Shown here: positions 20,101 to 33,691 of the stretch, piece after piece
Numbering within the stretch: position 1 is the first letter of the stretch
Layout of the letters: each line of letters opens with the position of its first letter
Made by a program: the position numbers and the translations under genes
Notes under the pieces: model-generated
Seen by the model: the letters and a program-made list of their open reading frames with translations, nothing else
Database searches by the model: none
What the model was told of the DNA's origin: nothing
Source of the DNA: a virus
Length of the DNA stretch: 64,000 nt
IMG/VR virus record: IMGVR_UViG_3300037245_001077
Location: 32,001-96,000 of that record
Reading direction: 5' to 3' (one strand)

Positions 20101-23100
20101 AAAGATGAAAGAGCAACATCAGAGAGAGTTATTGAAGCGGATACTCCGCTACTCGCGTAAGAACTACACTGAGTCATTCAAGCGCTATGCGTTGTTGATG
20201 TCGAGTGGTGGGCGTGCTGGTCCCACACTCGGAGCAGCAGGCAAGGCAGAGACATGGGGGCAGATAACCCGATACATGGAGGGCCTAATGCGTGAGCTGG
20301 ATGAGGCTATCGAGATCAATGAGTCCATAGTAGATGAGCTTTTATCCATAGCAGAGGCAGACTCAGACACGGAGGAGAGTGATGAAGAAAGTTAAAGACA
20401 GTTACATTGATGAAGAGGTTTGGATACTCATACGTCATGGTGAGGTATCGTCGATATGTAACAACGAGCAGCACGCTAAGAACTCGGTTAGGTACCTACA
20501 CACTGTTGGGGGAGAAGATGCTGAGTATGCTAAAGCCACAGTAACCTGGGAGGATGAGTAATGCTTACAGTTGTAGCCTTCATTGTTGCCTATGGTATGG
20601 GGGTTGGTGTATGCCTCGCTATCCACCAAAAGGTATTGGGTTCTTGGGAAGGGGTAGAATTCATAGTTGCTGCCTTTTGGTTTGTGGCCCTCCCAGCTAT
20701 GCTGATGTGGTGGGTGGTGTCCTCATGGATAGGGAGGAAAGATGATTGAGATCTTAGCCTGGAGTATCTTGCTTGTTGCTGTGGTCTGTGCTCTATGGGC
20801 CATTGAGGTACCTCTTAGGAAGCGTAAGATTGCTAGGATGAATGAAATCATCAAACTGAACGAGGAGAACATAGCTAGGCTAAAACGTTTAATAGAAAGG
20901 TTTGACAATGTATGAGTACGTAGCCTGGATGAGTGGTGTTATGGTTGTGGTCTGCATCTTGTGGGCCTCAAAGCTAATTCGTGATATACGTGAAGTCAAC
21001 AAGTCCATTGAGCAGAGTAAAAAGAACATAGCTAGGTGTGAAAAGAACATAGCTAGGTTACAACGTGCAATAGGGGATCTTGACAATGAATAACGATGAC
21101 TTTGCAGCTATCCTCCACTGTAGGGCCAGTGGTGACGAGGTGTATCAAACCTATGTTATTGTCAGCAAGAGTGAGCTACATGATGCAGCTAGAAGGATAC
21201 AAGATGGCACTACAAGGCTCAGGAAGATATGCTACAGCGTGTTGGACTGCGTAGAGGCTAAAGCCCTACACGATAGAGCACGGGAGCTACTGGAGGAGAT
21301 ATGAGAGTGTTCGGAGACGCATACGACAAGAAACAACCTAAGTGTAGAGGCTGTGGTGAGAGAGCGTCAGTGATCAATGAGAGCACTGGTACCCACCCAT
21401 TACCTGGGTGCTATGAGGCTTATATCGTGAAGCTCATCCAAGACAAGGACTTCTGGGCTAGGACGGCCAAGGCGTATAAGGATGACTACAATGAGGTGAT
21501 ACGTGAGGGGCCTAATAAGAAGATTGAGCAGTTAGAGAATCAGCTTACTGCGAGTCTGATGCGTAATCGTGAGCTGGAAACCTCAGGTACTATAGCCATG
21601 GATAAGGTAGAGAAGCTCGAAGGCCGGGTTGTACGGGTGTTCGAGCGCAACGAGGACTTGAGGGAGCAGGTGATAGAGTTGAAAGACGAAGCCATCCACA
21701 ACGAGGGTGTGATGGTTGCACTCAAAGAGGGGTATACGGAGGCCAACACGCAGGTTGAAGAGTTGTTCAAAATCAATCTTGATCTTAGAGTCAACCAGGG
21801 CAGCACCGAAACCATTACAAACCTACCGTGTCCAAGCCACCACGTCACCCCCAAGATGATCGACGAGGCTGCGAAGCTTGCTGAGATCGAGAAGAAAAAT
21901 AGGGGTTCGGAACTTATTTGGATAGCATTGGAAGAACTTCACATCTTCCGGTGCGAGGGGTGTAAAAGCTGCTGCCCGAAGTGTGTGGATCAGGGGATGC
22001 AGTACATTAGAAATCGCCCCGACTGCAACGGTCACGGATGGATAATTCGAAAGGAGAAAGATGATGGCTAAGGTTCTAACGAAAACGAAGTGGGTAGAGA
22101 TTGAGCACAATGGAATCACAGTATATGCGGTGGACTTCCTCAATGGAGTAATGATCGAAATTGAAGGTCAAATAGTTTCTTGGCCTGGGTACTGCATACG
22201 AGAAGTACGTGGTGATACGGATGGGCCTACGCTGTGGAAGAGGCCGAATGCACCAAAGGAGTTCTCTCTTAAGCTGACAGAAGAGAAGTAGATGAATGAG
22301 CGCCTGTGGATACGCTTCAAGAACAGCATCTACCTGATAGGTGTCACGTACATACTATGCGATATAGCCATCAACAACCTGGGGATCATCTATGAGTTGT
22401 TGTTCTTCAGGGAGAACCTATACGCATTCATAACCCTACAGCTCACACTAATGTTGCTTCCCATATGGGCGTTGAGCGTAGGACAGATCGTAAAACAGTG
22501 GAGATTGGAGTTGAGCTATGACCAGCAAACGAAAGATTATCTATCAAGCAGTAGCAGCTAGCGCAGCCCTCACATTCGTGGGGGTGACGTACAACATGAT
22601 TAGCCTGACAGTACCAGCAGATAAGGAGGTAGCCATACGCTCTGTGGCCCTAGAGCATGGTGAGCCTCGTTCCGAGACATTAGCCCTACCTGAGCGAGGA
22701 GTAGGTGGTGTACTCCCACTAGAGGTAGAAGAGTATATCCCTGCTGGTGAACCTAAGCTAGACAGAGCTGCTGGTATTAAGCGTGTAGAGGACATCTACA
22801 GACGCTTGGAGGAACCGGGAGTACCTCTAGTGGAGCGGGAGATGCTCGAAAAAGAGAAGGAGGGGATACTATCGTCGTATTACCCTGCGGGCGCTGGAGA
22901 CGGAGAACCTGAGCTTGCCTCTGTACCAGAGAATGGTGATAATGGTGATGAGGCTGTTAGTGCATTCGGAGGTCTTGATATCAACAACGTCTTTAACAAG
23001 GTGTGGGGGCTATTACAGGGTATAATAGTAGCCTGGGTGAGCGTGAAGCTCGGCCAGAGGAGTAGACAAAGCACTTGACACCATAGGAAAAGGGTGATAG

Positions 23101-25705
23101 TATGAGGAAGATCGGAGAGTACTTTATGCTCCCAAGCAAAGAGGATGCCGAGATGGAAGTTAAACTGGCCGAGACAATCATTGATGCTACGAAGAATATA
23201 CAGAAGCTACACCAAGCGAATGACGTGATGTCATCTATGCTTGCTAGGATATCCACCTTGGTGAATGAGGAGAACATCTCCTCTTCAACAATGGTTGAGT
23301 GCATTAGGGATCTGCTCAAATGGTATGACATGTACCAGGCCGGTGTGCTCAATGCGGATCTCGTGGGTACCAAGCTGAGCGAGAAGAGCAAGTGATGAAA
23401 CAATCTATGTACTGTAAGGATTGTGGCCTTACATGGGTAGACCAAGATGGCTGTTGCGTACACTGTGGGGTAGAAGCTACTATAGTAGACGTAGTGTTGA
23501 TTACTCTAGAGCAAATAGAACAAGCTAAAGAACTGTTGAAGGACAGGCTAAGGACACCTGACTGGTATGATGGTATAGCTCAAGTACTAGAGCTGTTTAA
23601 GGTGAATAATGGGTAATCAAATATTCATAGACGAGAACATACTAGCCACCCTGGAGATGGTTGCAGTAGAAGCAGCCATAGAGCACCCACTAGAGGGTGA
23701 GGGGATGTGCTGGTGTCCTCTTAGCGTTGGTATCAACGAGTTTGGGCTACATACAGGCCACTGTCAAGTCTTACGCAAGCATTTCGAAATCAAGAGGGAG
23801 AAAGATAATGGATCCTGAGCTGCAACGAATATTGGTGTATGGTGGATTGGGTATACTCGCTTTTGTGTCTACGGCTCTCGTAATAGTGTGGGCCACAGTG
23901 GGGCGCATAGTTTGGAAGAGCTTTAAGAAGATCGGTAAAGACTTCTAATGCGAGTAATGAACCATGGTGACGCACAGTTCGATGAGGCAAAGTTCGTTCT
24001 TGTTGACAGGAATAGCCTTGTTTCAATACAAGCATTGTTGAATAACGTAATGTCCTACCTCTATGACAACTCCCCTGTACAGGCTGCCTTTAGACTACAA
24101 GAAGTGCAAGACGTTATCATCATATACCGAAGTGAGAACCAACGGCTGCTCACTTTTGATGGACAGGGGGAGGCGTAACATGTCTGATGCGGAAGAGATG
24201 ATGCTTGCAATGGATGATACTAGCGAGAGGTTCAATACAGCTAGCCATGTGGTTACGTCTCGTGAGGGTATGTCCGACTTACGCCGTAGGCTACAGGGCG
24301 CGGAGAAGCATATGAAGGACCACCGTATCGTAGAGGCGTGGATAGCCTTGAAGTATGTACGCGATCAGGTAACTTTCTTGGAGTTTCATGAGCGTAGAGC
24401 GTTGCCTTTGGTAGAGGAGGAAGAGGAAGCATGAGAGAGACTCATAAGTTCGATCTGGATGAGAGTAACTGTGTTACCGTCAGTGAGGTGCCACAGGGTG
24501 AGTATGCCAAGGATAAGATCCTGCTCATGCTGGAGCATACAAAGGGGAGCAGTATGGCTCTTGTGATGCATAAGAACGAGGCGTGGGCCATTGGACGTAT
24601 CATGATGCACCTGGGTTACGTGTCGGAAGAACGAACACTAGATCCTGCCCTCGACCCTGTAGAGTATTTCGAATGGAGGAAGAAGAATGAAGCTAGTAGG
24701 AGTTAGGCACAAGGGGCACACGTATATAATGAGGCTGTACCCCGAGTACGACGTTGCGGAAGAAGAACCACATATGCTCGACAAGGTGGATGAGATCTAC
24801 GCTCCTCCTACTGAGGGTGGGACACAGATTTGGGTGCATATTATTAGGTACTTACCTAAGAACAAGGCAATTGAGCTGCGGGTGAGGACATTGGAATGTG
24901 ACCAGTTCATGTATTTGAAAGAAGACGATGAAACAGGAGGATAACATGGGTAATAACAATAAGTTCGTGGCGTGGGTGAAGAAGCAACGTGTCTACCTCA
25001 GGGTAGATGAGAAGGGGTATACGTTTGGTGTCACGCATGGCGTGGTGTGGACGAACGCCCTCTTCATAGCCTTCCTCGCCATCTGGCGTATTGTGCTCTG
25101 ATGAGTAGACGAGTGGACATGCACCCGTCTACGCTAGATCCTGGGCATGACGTTATAGAGTACCGGGACGATGGAGGCTATCTACTCATGAGGGACAGTG
25201 AGCGTAGGCAGTTGATTACTTGGATCGAGAAGACAGCCTTCTCCACATACGCCGGGTATGCTGATGTACTGTCCCTGCTACAGGGAAAGAAGACACAATG
25301 AAAGAGAAAGTGCTCTTTAAAAGCAAGGAGTATGGCCTTGGTGGACACAACAAGCTCGAACTCAGAGTACTTGGAGATGGTGGGTTGCGACTGTGGGTAC
25401 AGGATGGTGAGACTAACTCGCTCATCTGTATGGACAGACGCGACTTCAAACAGTTGGCAGAGCTGCTGGCCAAGCACGCCCGTCAAGCTCCGACTAGTGT
25501 GGAGCCATACGATTTCTCTAAGTCTCTTAAACGCAAGAAGGTCGAGACTGTATCAGATACTAATGGGTTACGCAAGAAACGAAAGACTCGCTCAGACAAA
25601 GGGGTCAAGCGCAACAACGTGAAGTGTGATATACTAGGTGAAATGGTGGGTGATATCAAAGGCATCGACCAGATCAAAGCGGAGGCAATGGCGGAGGCGA
25701 TGTGA
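17155..25705 (+). other. Array of about 30 small, mostly translationally coupled hypothetical ORFs (e.g. 17155-17589, 17586-18236, 18233-18811, 18808-19158, 19158-19634, 20105-20395, 21301-22071, 22518-23078, 25298-25705)
   Basis: Contiguous + strand ORFs with SD sites and ATGA/TGATG overlaps; several coiled-coil, Zn-finger or single-TM proteins. Confidence 0.7.
23075..23103 (+). promoter_or_regulatory. Sigma70-type promoter
   Basis: TTGACA-N17-TAGTAT with an extended TG. Confidence 0.55.
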
Positions 25706-26631
25706 ACAGAACACAATGGCCGTTGTTCAATAGAGCTAGGATCAAGGGGGTTTCTGCTGACGTATCTGGGCGGGGCCATCTCTTGGATGACCTAGGGGTA
25801 GTCCCTATAAACATTCAATACGCTTGGGACAGTGCTCCATTGCGCCACGACAATGAGACCGCTATAGACCGAAACATACGTGTCTTTGCTGGCAGTACAC
25901 TCAGGTCACCTTTCCCTGTTGTGTGGTTTGAGTGGCGAGAACCTCTTGAGGACTGTAACATCAAGGAGATGAATGCTGATCCTTACCCTGATCTGAAATT
26001 CACGTCTGACTGTTTTGGTTTGTTAATAGATAACCCTAAAGACCCGGATAGCTTCGTGTTGAACATAGGGTGGTCTGGATTCTCAGAGAGACAAAACCTG
26101 AAAACCTTTCCGGCTATCATCTATGGTAATCTCCGAGGGAACTACTCTTCCTTCAGCAAAGAAGGAGAAGAGTTCCTAAAGGCATCGGTGATGGAGATAG
26201 CAATCTCTGACGCAATCATAAAAGAACTCGGTGATGACCCCTTGCGACTAGAACAATTCAAATCTGAGTTGCTTGGGTCAGCGAATACTATTTTCTGGTC
26301 ATTACTCCTGTTGATGTGTAACAATGTCACTACAGTAGAGTCACAACCCTGTTATCGGAATAACAAGCGACAGAAAGACCCCTCTCGTGTGATCTACAGG
26401 GAATTACATGTGGAAGTACCTCCTGGGGGCAGTCGCAGTCATAGCGTCTCTGAGGGGGCTGGAACAATGGGTACGGCATTCCATATTAGAAGGGGTCACT
26501 TCGCTGACTACACCAAAGGCAAGGGCCTATTTGGTAAGTACCATGGGAAGTACTGGATACCATCCACGGCTGTGGGGGATAAGGACTATGGTACAGTGCT
26601 CAAGAGCTATAGATTAGAGGGAGTAAACTAA
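25702..26631 (+). CDS. Hypothetical protein with a C-terminal HxRRGH motif
   Basis: 309 aa, FHIRRGHF...YWIPSTAVG. Confidence 0.75.
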   Translation: MNRTQWPLFNRARIKGVSADVSGRGHLLDDLGVVPINIQYAWDSAPLRHDNETAIDRNIRVFAGSTLRSPFPVVWFEWREPLEDCNIKEMNADPYPDLKFTSDCFGLLIDNPKDPDSFVLNIGWSGFSERQNLKTFPAIIYGNLRGNYSSFSKEGEEFLKASVMEIAISDAIIKELGDDPLRLEQFKSELLGSANTIFWSLLLLMCNNVTTVESQPCYRNNKRQKDPSRVIYRELHVEVPPGGSRSHSVSEGAGTMGTAFHIRRGHFADYTKGKGLFGKYHGKYWIPSTAVGDKDYGTVLKSYRLEGVN

Positions 26632-27014
26632 TGAGTGACAGATATCGTATCCGACATTTTTTCGCCCCAAACGAACCGGGTTATGGGGGCTATACTACCG
26701 TGGTGGATATGGAGGCTAAAGTTGTAGGCATTGCAGTATGCTCCATCAGGGATCAATTTGCTCGTAAGAAAGGTGTAGCTATAGCCAAGGAGCGTATCCA
26801 GGCATACCTTGATGTGGGGTCGAGTACCTTTAGTGAAGAGTGTGCAGCGGTTATAGGCCCCCGTGTTCATGGGGAAGGCCGGTATCTTGCTCGTAATGCT
26901 CTTTACCATGCAGGGGCATTCATCTTTGACCATTTCCCTGAAGTCCACATTATCCAAACCGTGATTGAGGTACCAAGGGTTAATGAGAAAGTGAAGTGGA
27001 TTGATGCAGGGTAA
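26631..27014 (+). CDS. Small phage protein with a GIAVCSxxDxFxRKKG motif
   Basis: SD and coupled start; motif recurs in phage accessory proteins. Confidence 0.6.
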   Translation: MSDRYRIRHFFAPNEPGYGGYTTVVDMEAKVVGIAVCSIRDQFARKKGVAIAKERIQAYLDVGSSTFSEECAAVIGPRVHGEGRYLARNALYHAGAFIFDHFPEVHIIQTVIEVPRVNEKVKWIDAG

Positions 27015-27486
27015 ATGCCGAACCGGGTGTATTGGTATCAGGGATCTCCACCGGGGGTTCTGTGGCAGTTGTTTGAAGCTCAAGGGTGTGAAGCAGGTGC
27101 TGGCACATGAGAGTCAGGCATGGAAGAAGGAAGCGTTGAGGGCTATTCGTGCAACCGCAGGCAGGTACATTACCTTCACGGCAGATCAGGTGAAGGACAC
27201 CGCAGACACTATGGGTTTATCTGAGCCTCATCACCCTAACTGCTGGGGTGGCATTTTCCACTCTGCCTTGAAAAAAGGCTACATGCACCAGACAGGCCAG
27301 TTCATTGCGAGTACCAGGGCCAAGCACCATAAACAACGTATTGCAGAGTACCAATCCGGGGTCAAGCCCCCAGTGATCCAGACCGAGGAAGAAAAATGGA
27401 AGGCCAGGGCTATACAGGCCAGGGGGAGATATTGGGAAGCTCAAGAGAAGATCGATCAGCTTGAGAAGGAGTTAGAGGATGGTTAA
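27004..27486 (+). CDS. Hypothetical protein, possible winged helix
   Basis: TFTADQV...PHHPNCWGGIF. Confidence 0.6.
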   Translation: MQGKCRTGCIGIRDLHRGFCGSCLKLKGVKQVLAHESQAWKKEALRAIRATAGRYITFTADQVKDTADTMGLSEPHHPNCWGGIFHSALKKGYMHQTGQFIASTRAKHHKQRIAEYQSGVKPPVIQTEEEKWKARAIQARGRYWEAQEKIDQLEKELEDG

Positions 27487-27724
27487 GTACACAGTTGGTC
27501 CTATGGAAGCGGATGATATTAACAACAGGTTCACCTACCACAAGCCCAAGGATGATCAGAACAAGCGATATGTGGGACTACGTGAAGCGGCACGCATGTT
27601 GGCGTGGAGCTTTCACGAGTGTTGCCCTCCGTGCAGGGAGCGCAGCCTAGCTATCACCAAGCTTGAGGAAGCGATCTTCTGGGCCAATGCCTCTATAGCG
27701 AGGAATGAGCACGAGATACCATGA
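27479..27724 (+). CDS. Acb2/Tad1-hairpin family protein (putative nucleotide-signal sponge)
   Basis: NRFTYHKP...RERSLAITKLEEAIFWANASIARNE. Confidence 0.7.
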   Translation: MVKYTVGPMEADDINNRFTYHKPKDDQNKRYVGLREAARMLAWSFHECCPPCRERSLAITKLEEAIFWANASIARNEHEIP

Positions 27725-30700
27725 AGATCAGGGTTGACGTACCTGAGTGGGACGAGGAGAAGGAGACAAGGTACAACAAGCCTCGTGATGGTGTACGTGT
27801 GGCCCTGTTCGTGGAGATCTTCAATAAGCTTACGGATGAGAATGGTGAGGTGGAAATAGACGATAGTATCCTCCCCTCTAATGGTACGACTATCATCTAT
27901 AGGGCGCGTAGTCTGGGCACACTACCATTCGAAACGGTCTTCGAGGACAGGAAGGATTACATGATTCTGGTGGTTAAGCCTGACCCTATAGTGGAAGGCT
28001 ATATCGCGTACACAGAGCAAAAGCAGGAGGAGAAGCTCTTTGCTGCTGAGTGGATGCGTAAGCGATATATGGGACTACGTGAGATGTGGGGTAAGTTCTT
28101 CGGAGGCGACCGTGATTAAGAAGATCCTGATGCTATTAGCCATTTCGGGTATAGCTAGCCTAGCTATGGCGCAAGAGGTGAGGAGACCAAGTGGGAGAGT
28201 GATGCCCTCTGTGGTGGACTCCAGGTGTCAGTACGTAGAGAGCATGTGGGGTTCCAGGTGTGAGGTGACACCAGAGATATGTCTTTTGACTCTAGTTCCC
28301 CTGTTCGTCGAGACCACCAATACCCGTGTCGTGGTTAAGCTGCTGAATAACATCTCTGTGGAACCAGAGGAAACCGTTATCAACTTCAATATCGAATCCA
28401 CCATGGCGATCAAGTACACGTGGGTGGGTAGTGAGAAGGTGAAGTGGGTGGAGTGGTATACCCGTGACCCAAGTAGGGAGTATCCTGAGCTACCCCTACA
28501 AGGTTGTTACTGCAACGAGTTAGAGGCCAAGATATACATCTGTAGAAGTGGACAGGTGGAGGAGGAATGATGGAGACTAGTTGGTTCAATCCGTATCCGG
28601 CATGGATGGGGTGGGTAGCCCTTAGTGTCGTCTTTACTATTATAGCGTTCGTATGGTATCGGTTCCGTAAGAAGAAGGCCATCAAGACCCCTTCCAAGTA
28701 CTGGCGGGTGCCTGTAGATGGCTTTGCTGATGTGTTCGTCACCAAGAGCTACTTCGTGGGGGAGCTTAAGATAGAGTACACCAAGAAGATGGCCGAGGAT
28801 TTGGCTGATAGCTTGTATGAGGAGATGCAAGGAGTGTGGATCGCGTGTGCGGCGGTATACGAGACCACTCCCAAGCATGGGTGGTGTGTGGGCAAGATAG
28901 TGGTGATGAAGGAGGGTATGCCTATCGCTCACCCGCACGTAGTGTGGGGAGCACCTCATGGTAATATCAGGCTTTTGTTGCAGGACCAAATGCTCTACTG
29001 GTTCGCTCGTGAGTGTCACAACGTCTTTCGCTATAGGGCGTATGGTATGGATTGGATCTACAATGACAGGGACGCAGAGGACAAGAAGAAACATGCCGAG
29101 GTAGAGGCGTGGATTGATAAGAGATATCTACATGGAGAGTAGGGAGGCAGTTTCGATGGTTAAGGTGCGGCTCTACTGTGATGAATGTGGAGGTCGTATG
29201 AAGAGCACAGGCTATGTGCAAACCACCTACCCCCCGAAGTACCCTCACAAATGTGCTGACTGTGGGTGTATAGGTACTTACAATAAACAATACCCTTACT
29301 ACGAGGAGGATGAGTAATGCCAATAGCTAATGATCCGTGGAAGCATCGTTCTAAGTTCATGTTGTGTCAGACGTGTATGCACTTTGTGCTCAAGGTGGCT
29401 AGTACGCCCCCTGAGCAGGGTACGCGCATTGGTAGGTGTCGTAAGCGTGCTCCTACTATGGACGGCTACCCAGTGGTGTTTGAGGCTGACTGGTGTGGTG
29501 ACCACAAGATCGATGAGGAGAAGTACTGATGGATAACATCAAGCGTTACGTGGTGACCCGTGACGGTGTTGAGTTCAGTAGTGACGCTAGCATAATGGTG
29601 TGGGTGGAGGGGGCTGACCCGAAGCTCAATAAGGAGAGCCTTTGGGAAAGTACTGACTCAAAGAGTTACGTGGATGAGTTATACGCAGAGGAGTTTAAAA
29701 AGGAGTATAACCTGAATCCTCCTGGTATTGGGGCCAAAAGAGTAATGATAGTCACTTACGCATGGGAGGAAAAATGAACCACGAACAGATTGATCCTGTC
29801 GTTGATGAGCTTATTAGTGTCATACGTGTGGCTATTGCGGGTGAGGGCGGAGATCTCATTGTTGAGAACAAAGAGTTGCAGAACAAACTAGATACCTTCA
29901 CCGCAGATAACAAGGATCTACAGCGTAGGCTCAAGGGCATGTCCTCCACGCTCGCACGCATACGTGTCAAGTGTGACGTAGCCACTGGGCTGGATCGTAA
30001 TGTGCCCTATGACGACCAGGGACGCTCGTGTGGTGCTGAGGGGGCTGTGGACAGGCTCTTAGCCATTGCGTTGGGTAAGGTGGTTCGTAGGAACCTACAG
30101 GGCATACACGAGGAAGTGAAGCTGTATGATCGTGTTGTGGAGCTTGAGAAAGAGATAGTCAGTACGGAGGCTCTAGGTGGAACACAAGACGAATAACACG
30201 ATGCTGTGGACTGCGCTATTGCTCTTCATCATCTGGGCGATAGCTTTCTCCTATACGTCTTGTCCTATAGGGTAAGCGTGTGGATAAGAAAGAACGCCAG
30301 GGTATGTCTCTGGCCGAGGTAGTTGTAGTTCTCATCATCATCACGCTCATAGTTCTTTACACCTTTAACAAGTTGTGATACTGTCAAGCAGTAGGAGGCA
30401 ATATGGCTAGTGACACCTGGGCCGGTGGTTGTCCTGGTTGTGGCGGTGATCCTCACACTGGTGGTTTCTTCCACTCTGAGTACTGCCCCAACAACCCCAA
30501 TAGAATCCATCCTTTACCTTCTTTCGATCCTTTACCCCCTTTCCCCGCTACGGTTGTAGGTACAATTACCTTTGCTCCCACCCCCACAGTTCCCACATTT
30601 CCAGATTACGGATGGGTATGCCCCAAGTGTGGGGCTGTGTACGCTCCTTTCATGCCCTATTGTGATAACTGTAGGGGGCAGGACAAGTTTACCACTATAA

Positions 30701-32033
30701 CGACAGGTAGCACAGAGGAGAAGGAAGACGATGAATAGACGAGGGTTCTTTGGGACGCTGGTGGGAGTCCTGCTAGGCTCTATGGTAGTCCCAGCAGCCG
30801 CTCAACAGTGGCAAGGCCCCGGTGGTATCAAGATACAGAAGAAGGCAGGCAAGTGGTACGTCACAGGCAACAGACACCGTATAGAGGATGTTGAGTGGGC
30901 TATAAGACATATCGATCAGGACTTGGCGTTGTCAGAGCGTAGACCCACTATAACTATTGAGGGTATTGAAATAGTTTACCCGAGGAGATAGCAATGGCCA
31001 AGAAAGCAGAGCACTGGGATGACAACTGGCGTATGAGTGAGTCATGCAGCAACTTTACTAAGGATGACATGAATGAGTTTGGGTACTGGGTAGAAGGGAT
31101 CATATCTACTAGGTATGGTTATGTGACTACTTACTCGCAGGAAGACCATACAGATATCCGTTTCATTTGGGACGGGCGCATGTATTCTCGTGGTTGGCAG
31201 AGGGAGTATAGCCAACAGTTCATAGTGACATTGGCCAAGCGGTTCGTGCGTGAGATCACTGGACATGAGCAGGTGGGATGATGCAGGAGAAATTAGACCC
31301 CGAGAAGAAGTTGGACGGCATACAGAAGATAGATTGGACTAACGAAGCAGAGCGGCCCCACAAGGGGCTGCTTAACATGTTACCCAAGTTCATGCGTAAC
31401 TGGAGTGCTCCCAAGGGTTACAACTACGATAGGGAGATGGCTCGTAGACGCAGGCAGATTGAGAGTGGCACTCTCAAGAAAGAGAATGGTTTGTATGACG
31501 GATAAACGAGAGTACTCACCAGGATGGGGTGATGGTAAAGAGGCGGTTATTGCCGATGATATCTTCAGGGCAGAGATAAACTACAACGGCGCTCACCCAC
31601 ATCTGCCTGGTGACTTCATACGGCGTAAGGTGGATGGGGAGTGGGTGCTTATCAAGGGGGAAAAGTTTGACAATCTAAGAGCGGCCATACGCTGGTTGGA
31701 AGAGTACTGGACGGGGTGTGCCCCATGGAAAGAGGATTTGGACGACTATCAGATCAGTGAGATGACTAGGCGCATAAATGCGCTTAGAAAGATGGTGGGG
31801 GTATGAAGGTTAAATTCGAGTTGAATGGTGAGACTTATGAGGTTGACCCTTGCCCCAATTGTGGTAGTGGTAATCTATTCTTTGATGCGGGTATGTTGGC
31901 AGGGACCATTAAGTGTATTGGTTGTGACTATCGGGTTGTACATGAGGATATCTTTGAGGCTATTATTTATTGGGGCGGTGGGAAAATGAAGGTATGCCCA
32001 AGGTGTAATGGATTAGGGAAAGTGGAAGAATGA
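27721..32033 (+). other. Array of small hypothetical ORFs (27721-28119, 28112-28570 secreted, 28567-29142, 29317-29529, 29529-29777, 30403-30738, 30731-30991 with Tat-like RRGFF signal, 30994-31281, 31803-32033)
   Basis: Coupled + strand ORFs with SD sites. Confidence 0.65.
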
Positions 32034-32428
32034 AAGCTTTAGTGTGTGGTGGGCGTCACTACGTGAATGGTAATCACGTGTCCTCTGTGCTCGACAAGTT
32101 TGACCCTAATGAAGTAGTATGCGGGGGTGCGAGTGGAGCGGACGACCTTGCGGTGGAGTGGGCCAAGAGGCACGGGAAGGTCGTTCACATCTACTTCCCT
32201 GACTGGGACAAAGAAGGAAGCGCAGCGGGGCCACTGAGGAATCAGAAGATGTTGGATGGGGAAAAGCCTGATGTTGTGATAGCTTTCCCCGGTGGCAGGG
32301 GTACGGACGATACGATTAGAAGGGCGCATAAGGCAGGCATTTGCGTATGGGTGTCGAAGGATCCCTCGAAAGAGACATGGGACTTCACGCCCACTTGGAG
32401 TAACTATGAGAAGGATCCTAAGCAATAA
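32030..32428 (+). CDS. SLOG family (YspA/DUF2493-like) protein
   Basis: VCGGRHY, GGASGAD, AGPLRNQKM, AFPGGRGT. Confidence 0.85.
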   Translation: MKALVCGGRHYVNGNHVSSVLDKFDPNEVVCGGASGADDLAVEWAKRHGKVVHIYFPDWDKEGSAAGPLRNQKMLDGEKPDVVIAFPGGRGTDDTIRRAHKAGICVWVSKDPSKETWDFTPTWSNYEKDPKQ

Positions 32429-32624
32429 GGCACAGTGTCTCCGTTGTGGAGACATTATTGAGTCCAAGCACCGTCACGATTTCGTGTGGTGCTCTTGTAA
32501 GGGTATCGCTGTTGATGGCGGTAGGGACTACTTGCGTAGGGTGGCTAGTGATATGGCCCTCCTCAAAGACTTGAGTGAAGAAGAAGTGTACTTTGAGGAG
32601 GGTGAGGATGACAGTCGAGATTAG
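32406..32624 (+). CDS. Zn-binding conserved phage protein
   Basis: NKAQCLRCGDIIESKHRHDFVWCSC..IAVDGG.DYLRR. Confidence 0.7.
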   Translation: MRRILSNKAQCLRCGDIIESKHRHDFVWCSCKGIAVDGGRDYLRRVASDMALLKDLSEEEVYFEEGEDDSRD

Positions 32625-33691
32625 TCTTATAGGTCTTTCGGCGGTTTTGCTAGTTATAGCCTTTTTTATCAGTTACTTACTGTATCTTGTAAGGGCTAAC
32701 CAGCATAGGTTTAACAAGGAGCGTCGTGTAATGACAGACCGTCATATAAGAGATCTTCTAATCCTTTCGAAGGAGTATTCGCGGGTGTTGAAGAAGAGTA
32801 GAGCGTGGAAGCAGACTGCCAAAAAGTATTGCAACCTATACAAGGAGAAAGCCAATGTTTGAAGAGATGGATGACGTGTTCGACGTAGAGCATGACTTGA
32901 GTGATCTGGAGAATGAGGCACGGGAAGAAGAGGGCAGCATCATTGTTTCTGCTCGTGTTCTGGAGAACTTACTAGAACAGATTCGGTTGGTTCAAGAAGA
33001 GCTGAACGACTACCATATCAGGGATGCCGAAACGGAGGGATGGGTGTCTCTCCCGAGGAATAGGTATCTGCGACTCTTAGGTCTTGATTTGGAAAATCGT
33101 GATCTTATTCGTAAGAATGAAGAGTTGACAGAAGAACTTGAGGACTGGGGTCAACCTGATCAATTCATCGAGCAACCTCCTTCCCAGGAAGAGATTGAGT
33201 TTGATGGACCGTTAGGTACCTTTGATACTACTAGTGTGTCTTCACAGATGGACCCTAACAAGTACAGAGTGTATAGCCCTATGGGGCATGTAGATGCGAG
33301 TGGTTTGGGCATGGGTGTTAATACTCCACCTCTGTTGTGGAAAGATACCTCTATGCTTGGTGAAAAGGATATTCAGATAATTGTTGACGAGGTGATGCGT
33401 AAACTGGGTAGGAGGGAATAATGGTTGAATTTGCTGGTATGACTGAGGAGCGGTACGAACAATTACTTGAGAGTAGCCCACTTGAGCGTAGGGGAGCCTC
33501 TGAGGAGATCTGGGCTGACCTCAAGCGCGTGCGTGGGGTGCTCACCGAGATCCGTAGGGCACACTATCTGCCTTTGGACTGGCCGATCAAAGAGGATAAT
33601 CCGGAGATTACGGACGAGGAGTATACCAACCGGGTGTTCCATTACCGGGAACGTGGTATTGCTTGTGTAGGAGACTTGAGGTAGGAACTCG

